From: a bacterium
GTDB taxonomy: Bacteria > Zixibacteria > MSB-5A5 > WJJR01
Reading direction: 5' to 3'
DNA: 64,000 bases
Assembly: GCA_021813505.1 (NCBI GenBank)
Contig: JAKAKI010000034.1
Span: forward strand, 10,059-74,058
The notes below the pieces were generated by a model, which ran no database searches, was not told the origin of the DNA, and saw only the letters and a list, made by a program, of their open reading frames with translations. The translations under genes and the position numbers were made by a program. Below are positions 15,622 through 26,122 of the stretch, piece after piece (within the stretch, counting starts at the first letter, position 1; every line of letters begins with the position of its first letter).

Positions 15622-18309
15622 CTACTTTGCCGCGGCCACACCGCCGTCACCGAATTCAAACGTGAATTCGCCGTCTCCCCCGATACCGAGAGTCAGCGCC
15701 TCGGGCAGCGGCCCCAACGTCATGCGCTCCAGGATCTCGGTCGAAATCCGGGGCAAGAGCGTGCCCTGAAGGATGTGGTCGATATTGCGCGCACCGGTTT
15801 CGACCTCGGTGCAGCGCGCCGCGATCTGGCCGACCACGTCGTCACTGTAGAGAAGCTTCATCTTGTGGCTTTCCGCCAGACGATTGACCAGCCGTCCCAA
15901 CTTGAGAACTACGATCCGCTTGATCGCCTCGGATTTGAGCGGGAAAAACGGCACGATGGTCATGCGCCCGACCAGCGCCGGTTTGAAATGCTTGTTGAGC
16001 ACCGGGCGTATGGCCGATGTGACCTGCTCGTGCGTTGGCGGTGGATCTTGAAGTCCCAACTCGGTGATAATGTCGGTTGCGAGATTCGAGGTCAGGAAGA
16101 CAACCGTGTTCTTGAAATCGATCACCCGTCCTTCGCCATCGGAGAGCATGCCTTTGTCGAAGACCTGATAGAACAGGTTCATGACTTCCGGGTCCGCCTT
16201 CTCGACCTCGTCCAGGAGCACGACCGAGTAGGGGCGTTGCCGCACGGCCTCGGTCAGAACTCCGCCCTCGCCAAAGCCGACATAGCCCGGAGGCGAGCCA
16301 ATCAGACGCGACACCGTGTGTTTCTCCTGGAACTCGGACATGTTGATCGTGGTCATGAAGCGTTCACCGCCGAACAGCAGATCGGCGACACCGAGTGCGG
16401 TTTCGGTTTTACCCACACCAGATGGACCGACGAACAGAAACACGCCGATCGGTTTGGAAGGGTCTTGAAGTCCAGCCTTGGCCGCGCGGATACCGGTCGC
16501 AACCGAACTCACGGCAAAGTCCTGCCCCTTGATCCGCTCCTTGAGCTTCTGGTCGAAAGTGAGTACTGCTTGGGCCTCGTCCTTGACCATCTTGCCCACG
16601 GGAATGCCGGTCCAGTCGGCAACGACTTTGCCGACGACATCGGGCGAAACCTCCAGCGGAATCATCGGGTCGGGACCTTGAACTTTTTCCAGTTCCGCGA
16701 GCGCGGCTTTCAAATCACCGGCGGTAGCCGGTTTGTCTGGGCTGTCTGGCGTATCACCGGCTGGAGCGGCTCCGCCGATCTTACCGAGCACGGAGTCGCG
16801 GACCTTCAAGTATTGGTCGACCGCCTCTTTCTCCTTGAGCCAGCGTTCTGTGTGTTCGTTCAGATCTTTTTGAAGCGTGGAAATGCGCGACTCCAAATCA
16901 GCGATGCGCGCATCGTCCGCCTCTCCCTTGCTGCCCAAATCCCGGCGATAGGCGTCGCGTTCGCGCGAGAGCGTCTGAATCTGGCGATCCAGGTCTTCGA
17001 GCGAATCCGGTCGGCCGGTGAGCCCGATCTTGACGCGAGCCGCAGCGGTGTCGATCAGGTCAACGGCCTTGCGCGGAAGCTGGCGTCCCGAAATGTACCG
17101 TCCCGACAGTTCCGCTCCTGCGACAAGCGCGCTATCCGGAATATGCACATTGTGGGCGGCCTCGTACTTCTCGCGCAAACCGCGCAACATCACGATGGTC
17201 TGGGCCACTGATGGTTCATCCAGCTTCACAAGCTGGAAACGGCTGGCAAGGGCGGGGTCTTTCTCGAAGTATTTCTTGTACTCGGACCATGTCGTGGCGG
17301 CGATCGTGCGCAATTCACCGCGCGCCAATGCCGGCTTCAATAGGTTTGCGGCATCAGAGCCACCGGCTGAGCCACCGGCGCCGATAATCGTGTGGGCCTC
17401 ATCAATGAACAGAATGATCGGCTTGGGGGAGGCTTTGACCTCGGTGATCACCTGTTTCAACCGGTTTTCGAATTCACCTTTGACACCAGCGCCCGCCTGG
17501 AGAAGTCCCAAGTCGAGAACAAGCAGCGACACATCTGCCAGGAAAGCCGGGACATCGCCCTGCGTCACGCGCAACGCCAGACCTTCGACGACCGCCGTCT
17601 TGCCGACACCGGATTCGCCCACCACGATCGGGTTGTTGCGGCGGCGCGCTGCCAGAATGTCGATCATCTGGCGGATTTCGCGATCACGCCCGAAGACCGG
17701 ATCGATCTCCCCGGCGCGTGCACGGGCCGTAAAATCGAGACAGAAGCGCCCGAGGGCGCCTTCCCCAGTCGGAGCCCGGCCCGCTTCTCCAGGTGCGCCG
17801 CCACCGGCCGGTGTCGCGGCCCGCGCCTGTTCGGATTCGACCGACGCGTCGAGAATCGAGCGAAATTCCTTGACCAGGACCGAACTATCGACTCCGGCAA
17901 GCTCGAGGATCTCGCCGCCAACGAGGTAGCGATTCGGATTGTCGAGCAAGGCCATCAGGAGCGTACCGGAACGCAAGAGCGGTTCGCCAAGATTGATCGA
18001 TCCGATCATCCACGCTTCTTCAAGCCATTTGGGCAACAGCGGCGAAAACACCGGCTTGCCGGTGTTGCCGGTCTTGAATCCCTCGACATTGTGCTGCAAC
18101 GCCCCGGTGACACGCGACGGCTCGATTTCGAAATGCCGCAGAATGATCTGCAAGTCGGCATTCGGATGATCCATCAATTTGAGCATCAGATGGTCGACCG
18201 TGATTTCGTAATGCGAGCGGCCGACGCATAATCCCGCCGCATTCTCAAGTGCCGTGCGGCTGAAATTGTTCAGCTTGCGAACGAGTGCAATAGGTTCCAA
18301 CTTCGCCAT
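15622..18309 (-). CDS. clpV: T6SS AAA+ ATPase ClpV (TssH)
   Basis: It has the ClpV-type N-domain (MAKLEPIALVRKLN...LENAAGLCVGRSHYEITVDHLMLKLMD), two Walker-A AAA+ modules (GESGVGKT, GPSGVGKT) and a coiled-coil middle domain. Confidence 0.93.
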   Translation of the reverse strand: MAKLEPIALVRKLNNFSRTALENAAGLCVGRSHYEITVDHLMLKLMDHPNADLQIILRHFEIEPSRVTGALQHNVEGFKTGNTGKPVFSPLLPKWLEEAWMIGSINLGEPLLRSGTLLMALLDNPNRYLVGGEILELAGVDSSVLVKEFRSILDASVESEQARAATPAGGGAPGEAGRAPTGEGALGRFCLDFTARARAGEIDPVFGRDREIRQMIDILAARRRNNPIVVGESGVGKTAVVEGLALRVTQGDVPAFLADVSLLVLDLGLLQAGAGVKGEFENRLKQVITEVKASPKPIILFIDEAHTIIGAGGSAGGSDAANLLKPALARGELRTIAATTWSEYKKYFEKDPALASRFQLVKLDEPSVAQTIVMLRGLREKYEAAHNVHIPDSALVAGAELSGRYISGRQLPRKAVDLIDTAAARVKIGLTGRPDSLEDLDRQIQTLSRERDAYRRDLGSKGEADDARIADLESRISTLQKDLNEHTERWLKEKEAVDQYLKVRDSVLGKIGGAAPAGDTPDSPDKPATAGDLKAALAELEKVQGPDPMIPLEVSPDVVGKVVADWTGIPVGKMVKDEAQAVLTFDQKLKERIKGQDFAVSSVATGIRAAKAGLQDPSKPIGVFLFVGPSGVGKTETALGVADLLFGGERFMTTINMSEFQEKHTVSRLIGSPPGYVGFGEGGVLTEAVRQRPYSVVLLDEVEKADPEVMNLFYQVFDKGMLSDGEGRVIDFKNTVVFLTSNLATDIITELGLQDPPPTHEQVTSAIRPVLNKHFKPALVGRMTIVPFFPLKSEAIKRIVVLKLGRLVNRLAESHKMKLLYSDDVVGQIAARCTEVETGARNIDHILQGTLLPRISTEILERMTLGPLPEALTLGIGGDGEFTFEFGDGGVAAAK

Positions 18310-18373
18310 TAATCATCCCTTCCTTCAACAGCCATGAAATCTGAGACCACCCAACGGGGCCCCATGCCGTCCA

Positions 18374-19375
18374 CTATGCAAACACCACGGACACGTCCGC
18401 TGATGCTTCCGAAAAGAGCCCCGTCGTCCAGCCCAAATGCGAGTCCTTCGAAAGTGTCACTCCCAGCCTGGGGGTCATGTCACCGCGCAGGATCACCTCG
18501 ATGTCAAAGTCGAGCCAGTCGGGGCACGCCAGTTTCGCCAGGTTCCGCATCGTCGTCAACTTCTCCCGACCGGGCAGGAATTCGCAATACGTATCGAAAT
18601 CGACGGGGCCGACCGCGACCCGGAATTTCCCCATCCGGTCCGAGGTCCGCTTCCCAATGGTTGCATCATCACCCAGACGGCACGAATTGCGCCCCAGCAG
18701 ACACTGCAGCCCGGCGGGCAGATAAAACCATCGCCGGACACATTGGTGAACCCGTACCGGCAGCCCGGCAAAGTAGGTCCGCAGCATCGACGCGACGGCG
18801 GCCGCCGAGCGAGGCTTTTGACAGAATAAACCGGCAAAACGCAGCAGATGCGCCGACGGTACGCCGGCCTGTGACGGATCGGCATCCGCACCCAAGCCGG
18901 ATAATGCAAACAAGCGCCAGGAATACTCATCCGATGCGTCCGGCTGATACATCATGTGACCGCGGAACTTCAGCAGGCCGCGCGTCAATAGGGAGAGAAG
19001 CCGGTGGTTGAAGATATCGAGGAAGGAGCGGATTGGATCGTCTTCGTCGGCGCGGTGAAGAATTTGCTCGGCATAGAAACCCGGCAGCGGGGAATGGGCG
19101 CCGTACAGTCCCATGAAGGCTACCGTCACGTCGTAGCGCGGCAGTTCACCCGGAATCCGCTCGACCTTCTCGATGTCTCCCGGTGGAAACGTGAGAGAAG
19201 TGCTCGGGCGCAGACGAACGCCTTCCTGGTTCGATGGGCCCTGGAAGCCGACGGGCAGAGTGCCGTACTGAGACCGCGAGAGCAGCCACATCGCCTGAAT
19301 GAAGGCGAAATGCGCGGCCCGTGTCTCGAGTGCTTCGCCTACAGTAATGCGTGCTGGCCCAGCATCGGTGGCCAT
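18374..19375 (-). CDS. tssG: T6SS baseplate protein TssG
   Basis: TssG/ImpH-like sequence (ITVGEALETRAAHFAFIQAMWLL...). The gene is between tssF and clpV and overlaps tssF by ~37 bp. Confidence 0.8.
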   Translation of the reverse strand: MATDAGPARITVGEALETRAAHFAFIQAMWLLSRSQYGTLPVGFQGPSNQEGVRLRPSTSLTFPPGDIEKVERIPGELPRYDVTVAFMGLYGAHSPLPGFYAEQILHRADEDDPIRSFLDIFNHRLLSLLTRGLLKFRGHMMYQPDASDEYSWRLFALSGLGADADPSQAGVPSAHLLRFAGLFCQKPRSAAAVASMLRTYFAGLPVRVHQCVRRWFYLPAGLQCLLGRNSCRLGDDATIGKRTSDRMGKFRVAVGPVDFDTYCEFLPGREKLTTMRNLAKLACPDWLDFDIEVILRGDMTPRLGVTLSKDSHLGWTTGLFSEASADVSVVFA

Positions 19376-21084
19376 TCGTAAATCCCGCCCTGCTGTGTGC
19401 CTTTAACACGCAGCCGTGTGAACGCGTTCATGGTCACGTACAGATTGAGAAAATTGTTGAGAACGGAGGCGAACAAGTACATGTCGCCTTCACCCGCGAA
19501 TTGGTCCTCATTCAGGTCAAGAGCGATCGAAACACCACGGTAGGTCGATCCATGCCGGAGGATCTCGTCCGGGTGCGCTTTGATGGCCGTGATTCCAGAG
19601 AGCCGCAGCTCATTGGCCCGGGCGGCCTGACGATCCACCAGCGCATGGAAATTGTAAAGTCCCAACAGACCGCGGAGCGACTCCAGATTGGTGAGCGAGA
19701 GGTAATTGAGCGACTGATGGGCGATGAGCCGCCAGAGCAGCCGTCCCTCCAGAGGCGGAGATACCGAGGTGGTCACGCGCGCGATATTCTCGAATGCGGC
19801 GAACGCCGGGGACTGCGAGGTGGCGACACTGATATCGCCGGGCCGGAGTTTTTCCCCGAGGTGCCGGTTGCTGCACGTCAGGTCGGCCGCCACGGTTTCG
19901 GTGGACGGCATGATGCCGGTTTCCCCGGCCGTGACAAACGACAGGTAGGTTTCGGTGCCGTGTCCCACTGTGGCCGGCCGCAACCGCAGTTGGTAATATT
20001 CCCGCTTCTCGTTGCCCGGCGCAGACGTGTGCTGGTATGTGAAAAACGGGAGGTACTCGTGCTCCCGAACGGTTCCGCGCAACCAACCCAGCACCCGGTC
20101 GACGGAGAACACTTCATAATGGTCCGGATTCGGACTGTCGGCCCGCAGACGATACTCGGTTTTCTCAAAGTCCACGCGAATCGGCGAGGAGCGAATCGAC
20201 TGCAAATTCACGATCGGCGTACAGCCGATGCGCACCGAGCCGGGGGCAACGCGCAACGTGTCCGGAGGCCGCTGATCGAACTCGATAATGATATCGAACC
20301 GCCCGCCGGCATCCATCCGAGCCAGAGGCGAAAGATCATGCAGATCGATAAACAGGAATTTCTCCGGCAGGGAGAAGTACTCCTGGAGCAGCCGGTACCC
20401 TGGGAAGGCATCGGTAGGATATGGCAGAAGGGCATCGCTGTCGGAAAACCCGCCGGCCGACAATGCATCGCGATCGAGGCGGACCTGACGATCCCCCACA
20501 CGATACGTCACCGCACGCGTGTGGCGGCATAGCCATAGATAGAGACCAAATGCAATCGCGGGCTCCCCGTGCAAGTACAGCCGGAGGGCGCCGAGATTGA
20601 GCTTGGCGAGATTGGCTTTCTCAGAAACAGTGAATCCCAGTGTCAGCGTCGACGGCTTCGACAATGGAACATCGAGATTTGTCGCATCCAGACTGAATGG
20701 ATAGAGCAGAACATCGGATGTCGTTTGGAACCGGCAGCGGGTCCCATCCACGGGAACCGAATCCAGATCGGTGCCGCGAGGAATTGTTTGGACGTCCTGC
20801 AGAGTGGCCGTCGGCCGGAACTGGACCACCGACATGGCCGGAATCGGACGCAAATAGTGGGGCCAGAGCAGGCCGACGAATGCGTGAGTCAGCTCCGGCA
20901 GTTCGCTATCCAGACGCTGCCGGATACGGCCGGTCAGGAACGCGAATCCTTCCAACAAGCGCTCGACGTCCGGATCGGTACCGGTTTCGGCAAGCATGTG
21001 GCCGATCTGGGGGTGCGCGTGCGCGAATTCCTGCCCCAGTTGGCGAAGATACGTCAGTTCGTCCTGATAGTATTTATTGAACAT
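19339..21084 (-). CDS. tssF: T6SS baseplate protein TssF
   Basis: The N-terminus MFNKYYQDELTYLRQLGQEFAHAHPQIGHMLAE is the characteristic TssF/ImpG start. The protein is 581 aa. Confidence 0.88.
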   Translation of the reverse strand: MFNKYYQDELTYLRQLGQEFAHAHPQIGHMLAETGTDPDVERLLEGFAFLTGRIRQRLDSELPELTHAFVGLLWPHYLRPIPAMSVVQFRPTATLQDVQTIPRGTDLDSVPVDGTRCRFQTTSDVLLYPFSLDATNLDVPLSKPSTLTLGFTVSEKANLAKLNLGALRLYLHGEPAIAFGLYLWLCRHTRAVTYRVGDRQVRLDRDALSAGGFSDSDALLPYPTDAFPGYRLLQEYFSLPEKFLFIDLHDLSPLARMDAGGRFDIIIEFDQRPPDTLRVAPGSVRIGCTPIVNLQSIRSSPIRVDFEKTEYRLRADSPNPDHYEVFSVDRVLGWLRGTVREHEYLPFFTYQHTSAPGNEKREYYQLRLRPATVGHGTETYLSFVTAGETGIMPSTETVAADLTCSNRHLGEKLRPGDISVATSQSPAFAAFENIARVTTSVSPPLEGRLLWRLIAHQSLNYLSLTNLESLRGLLGLYNFHALVDRQAARANELRLSGITAIKAHPDEILRHGSTYRGVSIALDLNEDQFAGEGDMYLFASVLNNFLNLYVTMNAFTRLRVKGTQQGGIYEWPPMLGQHALL

Positions 21085-21105
21085 TTAGACTCGTCGCTCG
21101 AAAAA

Positions 21106-21525
21106 TCACTCCACGACTTCGATTCCCGTTGCCGAACCGACGTTGGTCGTGAATGACACCGGGACATCCTTGTCATCGGTCACCAGACGGGCGGTTATCT
21201 CAAAACGAATATTCAGTGGGTCGTCCTCGTCCGGCACCCACGTGGCGCGGACGTTCTTGAGCCGGGGCTCGTACTTCTCGATGGATGTCTGGATTGCCTG
21301 GCGCATCGGCTCTTTGGATTCCGGGAAGGCATACATGAATTCGTTTAAGTCCGGAATGCCATAATCGGGCTGCGCAGGTGCGTGACCATGGCGGCTGTTG
21401 AGCATGTTTCGCAGGTGGCCGAGAACCGAACGCCGCAGCCGGGCGACATCAAGCCGGGTCACATGCCCGCCTTGCGGAGTGGATGCGGCGAGCCGCTCGA
21501 ACAATGTGCGATCGTTGATCACCAT
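21106..21525 (-). CDS. tssE: T6SS baseplate wedge protein TssE (gp25-like)
   Basis: A 139-aa gp25/GPW-like protein between hcp and tssF (...LRRSVLGHLRNMLNSRHG...). Confidence 0.82.
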   Translation of the reverse strand: MVINDRTLFERLAASTPQGGHVTRLDVARLRRSVLGHLRNMLNSRHGHAPAQPDYGIPDLNEFMYAFPESKEPMRQAIQTSIEKYEPRLKNVRATWVPDEDDPLNIRFEITARLVTDDKDVPVSFTTNVGSATGIEVVE

Positions 21526-21651
21526 GCGTCTTCCACATTACCCTCAACTGCAAGGGGCCTTCTTTCCGGAACACGGCGCCCCTGTAACTGCGTGACGGTT
21601 CCGTATGGCAACGGAACCGCCAGCAGCGTGACGAGCGAATGGTTCTGGGCG

Positions 21652-22140
21652 CTACTGCCGGCGGACGCGCCAGTCGTCTTCGGCCGCGATTCCATCAGGC
21701 TCCCACGTCCACATGATCTTGCGATACGTGAACGAGATGTCTTCCATGTGCGAGTAGCTCGCGAATTGGGGATCGAGACAGCAAGGCGTGTTCGGACGCA
21801 CGGATACCACGATGGCGTCCTCCAGTGCGATGGTGAAGTAATGTTCTTCGGTCCCGGCGGGATCGATGCGGTACCATTTGAGGGTGACGTTCTTCATCCG
21901 CTCGCCTTCGCACAGGGCCTTGTACAGCTTTGGCGAGGCCTTGTCGTAGACCTTGGTGATCCTCATCGGATTGTGAACGCGCAGCCCGGTCGGCTGGCCG
22001 CTCTGCGGATCGCGCGGGATGGCGATTTCGTGCTCGAACGCCTGGCAGAGAATCGTGCCCTCCCGGCCTGTTTGGTCGCAGGACCCCTCAATGTTACCCT
22101 GATTGACGCCCTCGAGCGTCATGTAGAATGGCATTGGCAT
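21652..22140 (-). CDS. hcp: T6SS inner tube protein Hcp (TssD)
   Basis: The start MPMPFYMTLEGVNQGNIEGSC... has a perfect SD (cacAGGAGGaagctgtcATG) at 22138-22140. The protein is 163 aa, Hcp size. The track ORF extends 49 codons further upstream with no SD. Confidence 0.9.
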   Translation of the reverse strand: MPMPFYMTLEGVNQGNIEGSCDQTGREGTILCQAFEHEIAIPRDPQSGQPTGLRVHNPMRITKVYDKASPKLYKALCEGERMKNVTLKWYRIDPAGTEEHYFTIALEDAIVVSVRPNTPCCLDPQFASYSHMEDISFTYRKIMWTWEPDGIAAEDDWRVRRQ

Positions 22141-22413
22141 GACAGCTTCCTCCTGTGATTGTGTACACTCCATCCCGGCACGCCATCCCGATTGTGCGGC
22201 GAGACGGCCGTCGGATTTCTCTTGTGCGCACTCTGTGCCGGCGTCACGGCATCGACTTCGGCTGGACCAACCCGGTATTCCGGACAATCAAGGTGAAATG
22301 GTATCGCCATGTAAATTCGATCCCTTTGCGACTTCCCGGGCCGGCGACGACGAACCTCCCACCGTTGCCCGCGCCGTCATGACGCGGGCAACAGGGGATG
22401 AATCAGTTGAAAA

Positions 22414-23895
22414 TCACTTCTTGTCCAGTTTGCCCACCAGGGAGAGCGTGAAGAACGCGCCCATGTATTTGAAATGGGGACGAACCTTCATGTCGACCTT
22501 GTACCATCCGGGCTCGCCTTCCACGTCCTCCACTGTGATCTGCGCTTTGCGCAAGGGACGGCGGCTGCGGACGCCGGGCTGCGGATTGTCCATATCGGCG
22601 ACATACTGGCGGATCCAGTTGTTCAGCTCGCGCTCGAGATCGGAACGCTCTTTCCAACTGCCGATGTTCTCACGCTGCAGGACCTTGATATAGTGGGCCA
22701 GCCGGGAAACGACGAACATGTACGGCAACTGCGTCCCCAGCTTGTAATTCGTTTCCGCTTCCTTGCCTTCGGAGCTCTGCCCGAAATACTTCGGCTTCTG
22801 GCATGAATTCGCCGAGAAGAAGCAGGCGTTGTCGGTGTCCTTGCGCATCGTCAGGCCGATGAAACCCTCCTCGGCCAATTCGAATTCGCGGCGTTCGGTG
22901 ATCAGGACTTCGGTGGGAATCTTCGCCTGGACCTCGCCCATCGCCTCAAAGGTGTGAATCGGGAGATTCTCAACGGCACCACCACCCTTGGGGCCAATGA
23001 TGTTGGCGCACCAGCGGTATTTCGCGAAGCTGTCGGTCAGCCGCGTGGCAAAGGTGAAGGCGGTGTTCCCCCAGAGGTATTTCTCGTGGTTGTCGGACAC
23101 GGTCTCATTGTAGTCGAAGGTCTTGACCGGGTTGTCGGCTTTGCTGTACGGCAGCCGCAGCAGGAATCGGGGCATGGTCAGACCGACGTAACGCGCATCC
23201 TCGGACTCGCGGAACGCACGCCACTTGGTATGGCGCGGGCCTTCCATGATCGCCTTGAGGTCCTTGAGATTCGGGAATTTCAGCCAGCTCTCCTCGCCGA
23301 AGAACTGCGGGCCCGCGGCCGCCAGAAACGGCGCGTGCGCCATGGCGCCGACCGAAGCGCAGTATTGCAACAGAGAAATGTCCTGCGAACCGGGGCCAAA
23401 CTCGTAGTTGGCAACCATCCCGCCCACGGGCGATCCGCCAAACTGCCCGTACTCGCGGGAATAGATCAGCTTGTACAACCCTGACTTGGTCACCTCGGGG
23501 GAGTCCTGGAAATCATTCAGCAGGTCTTCTTTGGAGACGTTCAGAAGCTCCAGTTTGATATTCTCCCGGAAGTCGGTGCGGTCAACCAGGAGCTTCAGTC
23601 CGCGCCAGGCGGATTCCAAACCCTGGAATTCCTTGGCATGCAGGATTTCATCGAGCTGCTTGCTCATCTTCTGGTCGATTTCGGAGATCATTTCGTCGAC
23701 AATCTTCTGCTGAACCCGCTCCCCCTTCTTGTCCGGCGTCGACAGGAGCGCGATCAATTCCCGCATCCCCTCACGGGCAATGGAGAATCCTTCGTCGGAG
23801 GGTCTCAGCTTTGTTTCGAGCAGAATTTCTTCAACCAGGGAACCGCCGGATTCGGCGGCCGCGCCGGCCTGTTTTTGTTCTTGTGCATCCGCCAT
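22414..23895 (-). CDS. tssC: T6SS contractile sheath large subunit TssC (VipB)
   Basis: A 493-aa protein with ...GEESWLKFPNLKDLKAIMEGPRHTKWRAFRESEDARYVGLTMPRFLLRLPY... typical of TssC. Confidence 0.93.
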   Translation of the reverse strand: MADAQEQKQAGAAAESGGSLVEEILLETKLRPSDEGFSIAREGMRELIALLSTPDKKGERVQQKIVDEMISEIDQKMSKQLDEILHAKEFQGLESAWRGLKLLVDRTDFRENIKLELLNVSKEDLLNDFQDSPEVTKSGLYKLIYSREYGQFGGSPVGGMVANYEFGPGSQDISLLQYCASVGAMAHAPFLAAAGPQFFGEESWLKFPNLKDLKAIMEGPRHTKWRAFRESEDARYVGLTMPRFLLRLPYSKADNPVKTFDYNETVSDNHEKYLWGNTAFTFATRLTDSFAKYRWCANIIGPKGGGAVENLPIHTFEAMGEVQAKIPTEVLITERREFELAEEGFIGLTMRKDTDNACFFSANSCQKPKYFGQSSEGKEAETNYKLGTQLPYMFVVSRLAHYIKVLQRENIGSWKERSDLERELNNWIRQYVADMDNPQPGVRSRRPLRKAQITVEDVEGEPGWYKVDMKVRPHFKYMGAFFTLSLVGKLDKK

Positions 23896-23929
23896 ATCGT
23901 TTTCTCCTCTTCACTCAACGGTGATACCG

Positions 23930-24424
23930 TCAGGCCGACGGTGTGGTGCCGATTCCCAGCTCCTTCAAGAGTTTTTCGCGGGCCGCGTCATTACCCATGA
24001 TTTCCATGATCTTCTTGCGGAAACCCGGGACATTGCCCAATGGACCCTTGAGCGCGGTCAGCGCGGTGCGCAACTGCAGAAGCTTGCTGAGTTCGGGCAC
24101 CTGCCGGACGACGGCTTCGGGGCCGAAGTCGTTGACGTGATCGAAATTCAATTTCACCGGCATCGTCGCGTTCTCATCTTCACCGAGCGCATTCTTCACA
24201 CTCATCTCCGCCGACAGCTTCAACCCTTTCATCACTTCGTTGAAGTTGTCCTTGTCGATGTTGATCGGCTTGCGCTCTTCCAGCGGGGTATCGTCGCCGC
24301 GCTGGGTGAAATCGCCGAGCACGACCATCTTGAGTGGGAGTTCCACTTCCGCGTCCACACCCGTGGAGGGCTGGTACACGATATTGACTCGTTCACGCGG
24401 AGCTACAGATCCTTCTTGTGCCAT
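23930..24424 (-). CDS. tssB: T6SS contractile sheath small subunit TssB (VipA)
   Basis: A 164-aa protein with VNIVYQPSTGVDAEVELPLKMVVLGDFT typical of TssB. The gene is directly upstream of tssC. Confidence 0.9.
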   Translation of the reverse strand: MAQEGSVAPRERVNIVYQPSTGVDAEVELPLKMVVLGDFTQRGDDTPLEERKPINIDKDNFNEVMKGLKLSAEMSVKNALGEDENATMPVKLNFDHVNDFGPEAVVRQVPELSKLLQLRTALTALKGPLGNVPGFRKKIMEIMGNDAAREKLLKELGIGTTPSA

Positions 24425-24525
24425 ACGCTTTCACCTCGTCTCTGAAGATTGTCCAATCAGAAAGATAATGATTTTCGTTTTCTTTCGCCACCCCTCCATC
24501 AGCTATTTTTCAATACGACCGGATT

Positions 24526-26106
24526 CTACTTTCCGTCCAGGGATAATGCGGCCGCGGCATTGAGCCGGCAAAGCCGCTCGTGAGTTTGGTTCGTTTTGAG
24601 GGCCAAATCCGGAGTAGCGCGTTTCGGGTCCTTGAGAAGGGCCCGGCGGGCGCTAAGAAGAGCCATATAGACCTGCAGGCACAGATCCGGCTCCCAACCT
24701 TCGAGACCATGGCGTTCAATTTCAGATTCCAGGACTTCCAAATTGGCAATCGCCACCCCCGCCCGGCCGGCATCGAGGCACAACCGTGCCATTTCGAGCC
24801 GCCAGATGAAGTGGGCGCGCTTCTCCCCTGCTGCCGCCATCCCCTCCTGGAACAGCTTCAAAGCCGCAGCCAGTTTTCCCCCCGCGACCAAGCGGCGCGC
24901 GTCCTCAGCCGCTTCCACCAGTCCCGTGGGGACATTGGTGGTTGCGACCCGGGAGGCTCCCTGGCCATCCCCGCCGACGGTGAACCGTTTCAGCTCACTC
25001 CCCAGCCAGATCTTGGTTTCGTTCGAGGCAAACATCACGTTGCCGCCCGCGAACTTGAGGTCGGGCAGGTTCGGAACACGGGCGAGGAAGGCAGCCAATG
25101 ACCCCATAACGGCATCGGAGGCAGCGGCGTGGGTCGCACCCAGCGCCGCTAGCGCCTGAGCCAGCCAGCGCTGAAGATCAAGCCAGAGGGCGAAGTTGGG
25201 GAAGGCGTTCTCGACCGCCTGGGCCAGATTCAACCAGTCGGACTTCTGCTGGAGTTCGTTGAACCGGGTTGCCAGATCGGGCGGCGGCGCCGGAATCTGG
25301 GTCTGGCCGTTTGTGTTGGGCGGGACATCCTTGATCGGGTCCCAGGTTATGGCCCGCATCAGGCGGTAGGGGACGGGATCCGCCGGGTCCTGTTTGCGCC
25401 AGAAATCGCAGAGCTGTTTGGTGGATGATTGGATTTTCTTAAGAAGCTTCTTGGCATCCTCTGGTGTGCTGAGTTCATCGATTTCACCAGAGGCGATTTT
25501 GGCGGCTTGCAGTTTCTTGGCGGCCTCTGCCGCCTCGGCGGCTTTGGCGGCGGCCACCAGGTCCGCGACGTGTTTTTCGATACTGCGATTCAGGTCACCG
25601 AAAGAGGGCGCATCATTGCCGAGTTTCTCCGACAGTTTGGCGGAGATGTCCTTGATGCATTGGGCGCAGGTATCGAGCGCCTCTTTGTCCTCACGTTTCG
25701 GCTTGAGGTCCGCCGCCGGTTTGCCGCAACGTTCGGCGAGCCAGGTGATCGTCTCGATTCGTCCCCGCTTGCGTTTGACGGGCGGCTCCATCTGATCCCA
25801 GAAGTTTGCGGCGAGATCGCGGCAGATGGTCAAACCACAGGCGAGGCCGGGATATTCGAATTCTTCGAAGAGGGCGAGCGTTAGATAGGCGGCGACCACG
25901 AGGTGCTTGGACCGGGTGCCCAGGATATCCGAGCCGGTGTCGATAATCATCCGCCAGTTGAGCGGGTCCTTGTTCACCGAGTCCAGCTTTTGGATCTCGG
26001 TGCGCAGGGTCTCATAGGCGGGGTCGAACTCAATCGACGATCCGGCGGGATTCTCCCCCGGAATCGGCTGCACGCCCAGTTTCACCAGTTCATTCAGGTC
26101 AGCCAA
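24526..26106 (-). CDS. tssA: T6SS protein TssA (ImpA N-terminal domain)
   Basis: The N-terminus has the ImpA_N signature (NPAGSSIEFDPAYETLRTEIQKLDS...WRMIIDTGSDILGTRSKHLVVAAYLTLALFE). Confidence 0.85.
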   Translation of the reverse strand: MADLNELVKLGVQPIPGENPAGSSIEFDPAYETLRTEIQKLDSVNKDPLNWRMIIDTGSDILGTRSKHLVVAAYLTLALFEEFEYPGLACGLTICRDLAANFWDQMEPPVKRKRGRIETITWLAERCGKPAADLKPKREDKEALDTCAQCIKDISAKLSEKLGNDAPSFGDLNRSIEKHVADLVAAAKAAEAAEAAKKLQAAKIASGEIDELSTPEDAKKLLKKIQSSTKQLCDFWRKQDPADPVPYRLMRAITWDPIKDVPPNTNGQTQIPAPPPDLATRFNELQQKSDWLNLAQAVENAFPNFALWLDLQRWLAQALAALGATHAAASDAVMGSLAAFLARVPNLPDLKFAGGNVMFASNETKIWLGSELKRFTVGGDGQGASRVATTNVPTGLVEAAEDARRLVAGGKLAAALKLFQEGMAAAGEKRAHFIWRLEMARLCLDAGRAGVAIANLEVLESEIERHGLEGWEPDLCLQVYMALLSARRALLKDPKRATPDLALKTNQTHERLCRLNAAAALSLDGK

Positions 26107-26122
26107 TTCAACATCCTCTGCA

